A stretch of 64,000 nucleotides of DNA, taken from NCBI GenBank assembly GCA_044892505.1, contig CM097883.1, positions 201,438,001 to 201,502,000 of the forward strand, read 5' to 3'. The position numbers were made by a program, and so were the translations under genes. Each line of letters begins with the position of its first letter. Position 1 is the stretch's first letter. Of the stretch, positions 48,801 through 57,800 are shown piece after piece. A model generated the notes under the pieces. The model was not told where the DNA came from. It ran no database searches and saw nothing but the letters and a program-made list of their open reading frames with translations. The stretch comes from Schmidtea nova. Lineage: Eukaryota.

Positions 48801-51800
48801 TGTGGTAGAGGACATTATTCAGCAATTGTCATGCCAGGAACAGAAAGAGAACCAATCGTGTTGCAAGGAGAAGACTGCGAAGCATTGTTTAAGCATGGAG
48901 AAGTGACAACGAGAGACAAAATCAAGATAAGAGGAAAGCCAGGAATGATGTTACAGCAGACGTATTATGTAGCAGGACGAATTACGGGAGGAGAAGGGTA
49001 TTGTCAAGGAGAAACATACCCAATATTCGGAGTACCCGCAACCAACTTAGTGGTGATGGATACGTACATAGTCGAACTGAAAAGCTACGAAGCATTCTTC
49101 GAACCAACAACAGGAGAAATGAAAACGTTATCCATGAGTAAAATTGACAGAAGCATGTGTCAAACGGGAATGTCAACATTGGTATACAAACCGAAAGTGA
49201 ACGAATGTCAATTACAACTGCTACAAGGAGCAAAGTTCGACGAAATCCAAGGCAAAACGTTCCAAGAAGAGGACGATGACGACAAAGCTAGAGCAAAACA
49301 TCTCAAAGAAGCTTTAGAGAATAAAAGACAATTGAAACCGGATCATAGAGAGAAACGGATAGAGATGAGAACCACACCAACAGTGTTGATAACCACAAAT
49401 CAGGATGTGGGCATGAGATTCATAAAAGGGAAAGCAACCCTTAAGTGCAGTACAACAGTATACGAAACAAACTATCCAGGAATATATGTGTCAAAGCAAG
49501 AAGTACCGAATACGAAACCCAAGATCGACACAATGGATATCAAGCTACACTTGTATGTGAATAATAAAATGGATTTCTTATTCCATAGAGGACAAGCCTC
49601 ATTGCAAAAAGTGTACTACGATCTGATAAATAACGATTGTATACTGAATCGGGAAATATTAAAGACAAAGTTGGCCGTAGCGATTACGAATCCAGATAGC
49701 GCGATGCCGTTATTACCACTGAGAGAAGGACATTTCGGAAGAGTGGTCGGAGAAGCAATGTACGTATACATTTGCGAAAAGACACACGCATCGCTAGCAG
49801 CAACAACGCAGTTGAAACCTGGACAATGTACAAACGAACTAGAAATCGATTATAAAGGAAAAGTACGATACGTTCAACCGGTGACGAGAATTATCAATCC
49901 ACCAGGGTTTGAACCAAATCCATTCAACTGTAGTAATGCGTACGGACCGCTTTATCAGAAGCCAGATGGCAAATGGGTTATGTTCCCAGGAAGAACTGAA
50001 GTATTAGCACCAAGAGAATTTGAGCTAATGCAGTTGTCAAAGGATAGACAGTTCAGCGACGTAGATGTCTCAAACAACGGAATCTATAGTCCAAAGGATC
50101 TAGAAGCAGCAAGGCAGAATATATTATTCCCGGCAAGAAGAGAAGCATTACTGTCAAATATCGTAACGATAACGGGAGGAACGAATTATCGAGAAGGACC
50201 GAATTACGAACTGCTGTTGTCACCGGCACATTTCAAGAAAGCCACAGAAAATATGATGAAGGCAATGTGGGGAAGATTCCTGATATTCGGACAAATGATG
50301 GCTGGAATACTGGGAGTGATATTGATAATACAAATCGTCAGAGTGATAATAACGCAGATGTTAGCGTGTTTCGACATCTACAAGAGAGAAAAGAAAGTGA
50401 ATTGGAAGATGGTAGTAGGATTCTTACCATTCCTTGCGAAAACGATGGTGTTACACGGACACTCAAAAGACATACATCGAATAAAGAGGTTGTTGAAGAT
50501 ACTTGCGAAAATGAGAGGAACAAACGAAGATGTCGGAAGGAAATTCAAAAAGATTATACAAGACGAGCAAGCAAGACGACAACTAAAGAAAGAAAGGAAA
50601 GGATTATGGGAAAGAGTAAGGGGATATCGAACACAAGATGATTCAAGCAACGACGACGATGACGATGACGATCGAGGAGGACAAGCGAATATAAACCAGA
50701 TTCCACAGTATAACGAAAAGAGTGCAGTTGAGAATTGGAGATACAGCGCTCCACCCCAGTCAATGTATAACGAACCTATATATAAAGCGAAGCCGAATAT
50801 GATGCAGATGATGCCGATGACAAGTATATACCCGATAATTCCAGAAGACTGCAAAGTAAAACGAGGTAGAAGCGTAGACTCGTTGGAAGACACGCACACG
50901 ATAGCGGTTATGTCCACAAATATGGGACCGATTTTAACAACAACCGTAGAAATAAACGGAAGAGAAATCGAAGCAATGATCGATACAGGCGCGAATATTT
51001 CGGCAATCGACATCAATTATATACCCGAGAAAAATCAAGGAGAAATCGAGAAGACGAATGTACATGTAATCGCGTGCAGTCAGGAGACAGTAGAAGTAGC
51101 CGGAAGATGGTTTGTAAAAATTAAGCATCGAGGTGCAGAAATCAACACGTACATCGCTGTAATACCATCGCTGAGTGTACCATGTATTATTGGAACTGAC
51201 CTGATGCCAGACCTGTTCAAGGAAATCGTAATTGATCTAGGAGCAATGAAACTAAAAGATAGAACAGGAAAAATCTGCAGAATGAAAGTTAAAGTGGCAA
51301 GCACGGAACAAATAGTAGTGCCAGCGAGACATGAAATGATGTGTTATGTAAAGATCGATTCAACAATAAAGGGAGATATGATATTCGAACCCAGTAAGAA
51401 GTTCGAAGCGAAGAAAGAATTACCAATGGCAAGAGAATTGGTTACGATAAACCAAGAAGGAGAAATACCGATCAATCTGGTAAACTTCGACGAAGAGGAC
51501 AAGATAATATACGAGAATGAGAATTTGGGTAAATTGACACCCATGTCCGAAATCGAAATACCAGACAAGAATGAGAAAGGCAAAGGCGAATTACCATGGA
51601 AAATCGACAGTATGTTGTTAGACGAGCAACAAAAAGAACAGTTACAGAAACTGTTGATGGAGTATCAAGACATATTCGCAGCATCAGATCTGGATTTAGG
51701 AACATGTGACGTAACATTACATACGATACCGTTGACAGACGAGACGCCAATCGCATTAAGACCATATAAACTGGCAGAAGCTCAAAAAGCAGTGGCAGAA

Positions 51801-54800
51801 GAAGAGGTACAAAAGATGTTAGATGCAGAGGTCATCGAACCCAGTTGCTCACCCTGGCAATTCCCAGTGGTGATGGTGAAAAAGAAGGATGGAACTCAGA
51901 GATTCTGTATCGATTACAGACGATTGAACGCAGTTACGAAAAGAGATACGTACCCACTGCCAGACATAAATGAAATGTTGTTGACGCTACAAGGAGCAGC
52001 CTATTTCACGTCACTGGATTTAAAGAGCGGATATTGGCAGATCAAAATGAAAGACGAGGATAAAGAAAAGACAGCTTTCACAATCGGACGAGATCTGTAC
52101 CAATTCAAGAAAATGCCGTTTGGGTTAACAAACGCGCCACCATCATTCCAGAGATGCATGAATTTCGTAACACATGGCATAAAACAATGCATGGTGTATA
52201 TCGACGATCTATTGATCTACTCCGCAACATTTGAAGATCATTTACAAGACATCAGAAATGTGTTCGTGAAATTAAGGCAGTGGAAACTGAAATTGAAGCC
52301 GTCAAAGTGCGATTGGGCAAAAGAGAAAGTGACATTCTTAGGTCACATTGTATCAGCAAAAGGAAAAGAACCAGATCCAAGGAATATCGAAAAAGTCAAA
52401 GAATGTCCACCACCAAAGACAGTGACTCAAATACAAGAATTTTTGGGATTGTGTGGATATTATCGAAAGTTTATCAAGGACTATGCAGGAATATCAAAGC
52501 CAATGCAAGAATTAGTAAGACAAGACGTGTCGTTTGTATGGGGACCAGAACAGCAAGCAGCATTTGAAACATTACGAGATAAGCTGATTACAGCACCAAT
52601 ATTGGTCCATCCAAACTTTAAGAAGCCATTTCTGTTGGCAACAGACGCAAGTGGATATGCAGCAGGAGCAGTACTAGGCCAATTTGACGAAGAAGGCAAG
52701 GAAAGAGTAATCGGATATTACAGTCGAACCTTCAGGAAGCATGAAAAGAATTACTCAGTCACGGAAAGAGAAGCCTATGCGATAATATTGGCAATCAAGC
52801 ATTTCAAATACCTATTGTGGGGTCATGAGATATATATTACAACGGATCATCAACCATTGGTATGGTTAGGTCAACATAAAGAATCATCAAGTAGATTGAT
52901 GCGTTGGGCGATGCAACTACAAGAATACTCGCCATTCATAAAGTTTAAAGCAGGAAAAGCAAATGCGAACGCAGATTGCATGTCAAGATTTACATTCCCA
53001 GAATTGGTGAACCTAAACGCTCTGAAAATATGTGCATTAATAGCGGAGGATTTGGATTTCAACGAATTAAGGAAAGATCAACTCGAAGAGGAAGAGTTGG
53101 GATTGATCAGCAAGTACTTGAAAGAAAGGGAAATAGAAAAATTCGGCAAGAACCAAATGTTGCGCGAACATATGCAGAAATATCAACATAGATATGTGAT
53201 GGAAAAAGGATGGTTATTGATACAAGATGGAGAACGAAGATTAATGTGCTTACCTGCGAATAGACGAAAGGAAATCATGACTCAATATCATGACGGAAAA
53301 TTAGGCGGACATATGTCAGCAAAAAAGACAATAGGGAGATTGAGACAAAAGTATTTTTGGCCAACCATGGAAGATGATGTGAAGGAATGGATAAAGAACT
53401 GCTTAACCTGTGCGACAAGAAAGAACGTCGGAACAAAGTGGAAAACACCACTAAAACCAATGCCAATACCTGCAGAACCAATGGCAACAATAGCAATGGA
53501 TGTAGTTGGGCCATTGCCGGAAAGTTTAAAGGGGAATCAATATATCTTAGTAGTCACGGACTACCTAACGAAGTTCCCAGAAGCGTTCGCAATACCAGAT
53601 CAAAAGGCGAAAACAGTCGCGAGAATATTGGTGGAAGAGATATGCTGCAGATACGGAACACCAAAGAAAATCCTAACGGATCAAGGAACAAATTTCATGA
53701 GTGAAATATTAGACGAAGTAACGAATTACTTCCGAATCGCGAAATTACGAACATCCCCATACCATCCACAAACGAACGGTCAAACAGAAAGGTTCAATGG
53801 AACATTGATACGCATGTTGTCAAATTACGTCAGTAAACATCAAACTGACTGGGACGAATATATTAACTTGTGTTTAATGGCATATAGAATGTCAATACAT
53901 GCGGCAACAAAGCTAAGTCCATTCCAACTAATGTACGGAAGAGATTACAACTTACCGATCGATTTAGAATACCAACCACCATTATCGCAGTACATGGAGG
54001 TTGACGATTACGTTACAAAGTTCAAAGAAAGAATGCAAGAAATCTGGAAAACGGCGGAACTAAACATCAAGTTCTATCAAGAGAGTTACAAGGATCTACA
54101 TGATCAGAAAAAGAATGTGAAAGCACATGATTTAAAAGTTGGAGATTGGGTGATAATCGAAACACCAGAGATAATACCCGGTACGGTGAAGAAACTCCAA
54201 CGACCAGGCAAAGGGCCATATGAAATCACGACAGTGAATGAAAACAATGTGCGAGTACGATTGGTGAACAATCCATTGGTAAGACCAATATACGTGAACG
54301 CATGTCGATGCAGGAAAATACCAAAGACAGCAACTCTATCACCAGAGAAACGGGTGATGACAAGATCACAGACGGCGAGAATTAATATGTTGCGAGTACA
54401 ACAAAAGCCGCAAACAAGTCTAGAAGACAACCGAAGAGGAGCAACGGATATCAAAGAACTGGCAAAGAGGACCAGAGAAATTATACCAGAATGGAAATGG
54501 TGGTTCGATTTCAATATACTGTCAGAAGTACGGAAAAACGTAATGGAGTATGCGAAGGATAGAACAGGGCATCCAATAACAAGAACGCTGCTAGAGGAGA
54601 TCCCGCAAACGTTTAATTTACAAGACAAAGACGGTAACACAGCGTTGCACAATGCAATCAAGCACAGTGGGAACGAAAAAGTGAAAGAGATCGTAGAGAT
54701 GATACTCGAAGGTGGGGGAGAAATTGACAAAGTGAATTGGGAAGGAATCACTCCACTCATGATGATGACAATTCATGGAAGAAACGATGAAATAGTCAAG

Positions 54801-57800
54801 CTATTCGGAAACACCAGATCAAATTGGATGACAAAAGATAAAGAAGGACGAACATTCTTGAATCATGCAATTGACAGAGCAAATCACCGAATACTGAAGT
54901 ATATCACGGAAAATGCCACGTGGGAAATCGATGAACTAACCAGAGGATCGATCATGAAACAAGCAATCGGAGTTAGAAACAGTAAAACCTGGAGAATATT
55001 GCTAAAGTGGAAACGACCAGAAGGAGATTCGTGGGTCGTAGATTGTAATGAAGTATTCACAAGGGGAGAAAATGCGTTACTGAAACATCTATTAGAAGTA
55101 GCATACGATCCAAAAACACTTGCAGTGTTGATAGCGAGAGATACGTTACGGGTTAGCGAAAACCCAAGAGAATACAAGTTGGATGACCGAAAGAAGGAAC
55201 TATTCGGATTAATCAAGAAATGGTGTGATAAGCAATGGAATCCGGATATGAGCTTCGAACATTTTTATGACATCCAAAAGCAGCACAAAGAAATAAGCAA
55301 GCGATATAAAGAGCTGGTGGAAGCATTGAAGTATGGACAATTCTTCAGACAAGCAGTGTATCAAGACCAACGGATGAAACAGATGCAAACACGAATAAGA
55401 AGCAAAGCAGTGTTGTTCAATGCAAAAGCCGATTATCAAGAGAGATTAGACGCAATCGTAGCAAAAGCACAGGAAAAATTATCGGAATTCAAAGAGAATA
55501 AAAACTCGTTGGAAATACTAGGAGCAATTACAGAGAAAGTACACAGATACGCACAAGGAGATTATAACGAGAGTGACATAGAAACGATCAAAAATCAAAT
55601 GCCAGTAGCATTCCTATTATCAAAGGATGGGAAATTGCCGATACACTGGGCATTACGTCGAAGGAAAGAAAACGAAGTGCTAGAAATAACAAAAGCGATG
55701 GTCAAGTGCGAAGCAGACATGAATACGGTTGATGATAATGGAGACACAGTCATGATAATCGCAGCAAGAAAGAAGACGAACTTTAAAGTGCTAAGTAAAT
55801 TTTACGAAGCAGGAGCAAAAATTGAAGGGAAAAATGGAAAGAATAATTCCATCACAGATATCGCAATACAGTGGAACAACTTCGAGATGATCAAGTTCAT
55901 AAAGTCCATCAAGAAACAAGATGATATAGAATACCTGGCAAATAACGTAAAGAATTTCAGTCTGACAGTAATGATACACGACGTAGAGAAAACAAGAGCA
56001 TTACTAACATGGGTGAATCCGATCACCAAGGAACCAGTGTTCAAGATCAATGACCATATGGAACAGAATCAGAATTGGTGTATCAGAAGCGCGTTATTAA
56101 GACACAAAAAGCCAGAGATAGTAGAAGAATTCCTAAAGAGAAGAGATTTGAAATTCACGAACAACCCAAAGGAACAGGAACGAATGGGAAGATGGAAAGA
56201 CTTATTCAGAAAATATGTGAAGGAGTGGGCAAATGCCAAAGAAACGATCAAGCAAAGTGGACTAAAAGACATAGAACCATCCAAGGATATGGAAATACGT
56301 GAATTCGAGTCTAGCACACTCGCAGTTCAAGCGTATGAAAGATTGATTGAAGAAATTAATGTCGAGGACGACATTTCGAAAGGACCAGGGGGTGGTTACA
56401 GAGACTTCGACGACAAAAGTAACAATGAAAAGAACAACGAAGACAATGACAACAAAAGAACAGAGGATAATGGAAAAGAAAGACAAGAAGAACCGAAACC
56501 AACGAGAAACGACAAGAAAGGAGAAGCCGAAGAACGAGAAAACAGTGGAACAAAAGACGAACGTACGAACTATGGAAAACGAACAGGAAGTCTACTTTTG
56601 AGACCAGAAATGTTGTGTATTGCGATATTGATAACAATCATCGGACAAGGAGAAGCCAAGAAACAATACGTCACGCTAGAGATAATCAGAGGAAATGAAG
56701 TATACGAAAAAATATGCTGGAAAGAAAACATGAGGAAAAACGATACGCTGAAGTGTATATTGTCAGATTTGAAGCGAGACGTCATCCAAATCAAAGGATT
56801 GGAGAAAGAAAAGTCATACATAATATGCGCAATAAAGCAGAGAGGAGAACCAAAAGCACCTCAAGTAACTGCGTGTCAATTATATAAAGCAACAGAAGCG
56901 CTGAAAATACAGAAATGGGTTGGGAAAAGAAGTGAAGAGACAACGAGAAGAACAGAAGTGGAATCAGAGAAAGGGAAGAATCAATCTGAAGCAGAAGAGG
57001 GAATCAGAAACCGAACAGAGAAAGAAAGAATAACCAAAAATCCAGCGGGCAAATTAACATTCCAACCAGAATTGATATGTGTAGCATTAATATTAATCCT
57101 TATTAAGAGAATCATGGAGGACATAGATATCAGCGTGATGACGTTAGTAAATATCCAAGACCAACGAACAACGAATGGAAGATGTTGGGGACGAAACAAT
57201 GAAGTAATGGGAATCAGCGAAACAAGAGAAAGTCGAGAAGCAGAGACAAATGAAGAAATCGAAATAACAGAAATAGAGACAGATAAAAAATGTGAACTAT
57301 GTCTCATGGAAAAGGCAGCAAACGGAAACAGACCAGGAACAAGCGAGTGTAAAGTGTTCCAAGCAAAGGAGATAATTGAGTTCCCAAAAAGAAAGAAACA
57401 AGATCAAGAAATGATTGCGAATGAAGTAGTAACAGTGGAGATAAAAAACATTGATCGGAGAACAATTGGGATGTGTTGGAGAAAATACATCGGAGTATCG
57501 ACCAACATCATAATACCGCAATGTAGAACGAGAGAACGAGGAATCCCGTTTCCACTAAATGGATTCGAAGTCGGACAAGCATACGAAATCTGCATAATCC
57601 GAAGAATAAGAGAAGTAATACAAAGAAGCCTGGAGTGCAAACTGTACAAGACGCCAGAGCAAATTAACGGAACGAGAACGATTGAAATGGGAAGAAGTCG
57701 ACAGAGGAAAAGAAAGTCAAGAAGAATCACGACAACCAACAGTCAAGGAACTCAACAGACAACAACAGAAAGGACGACAATAGAAAACGAACCGGAATCA

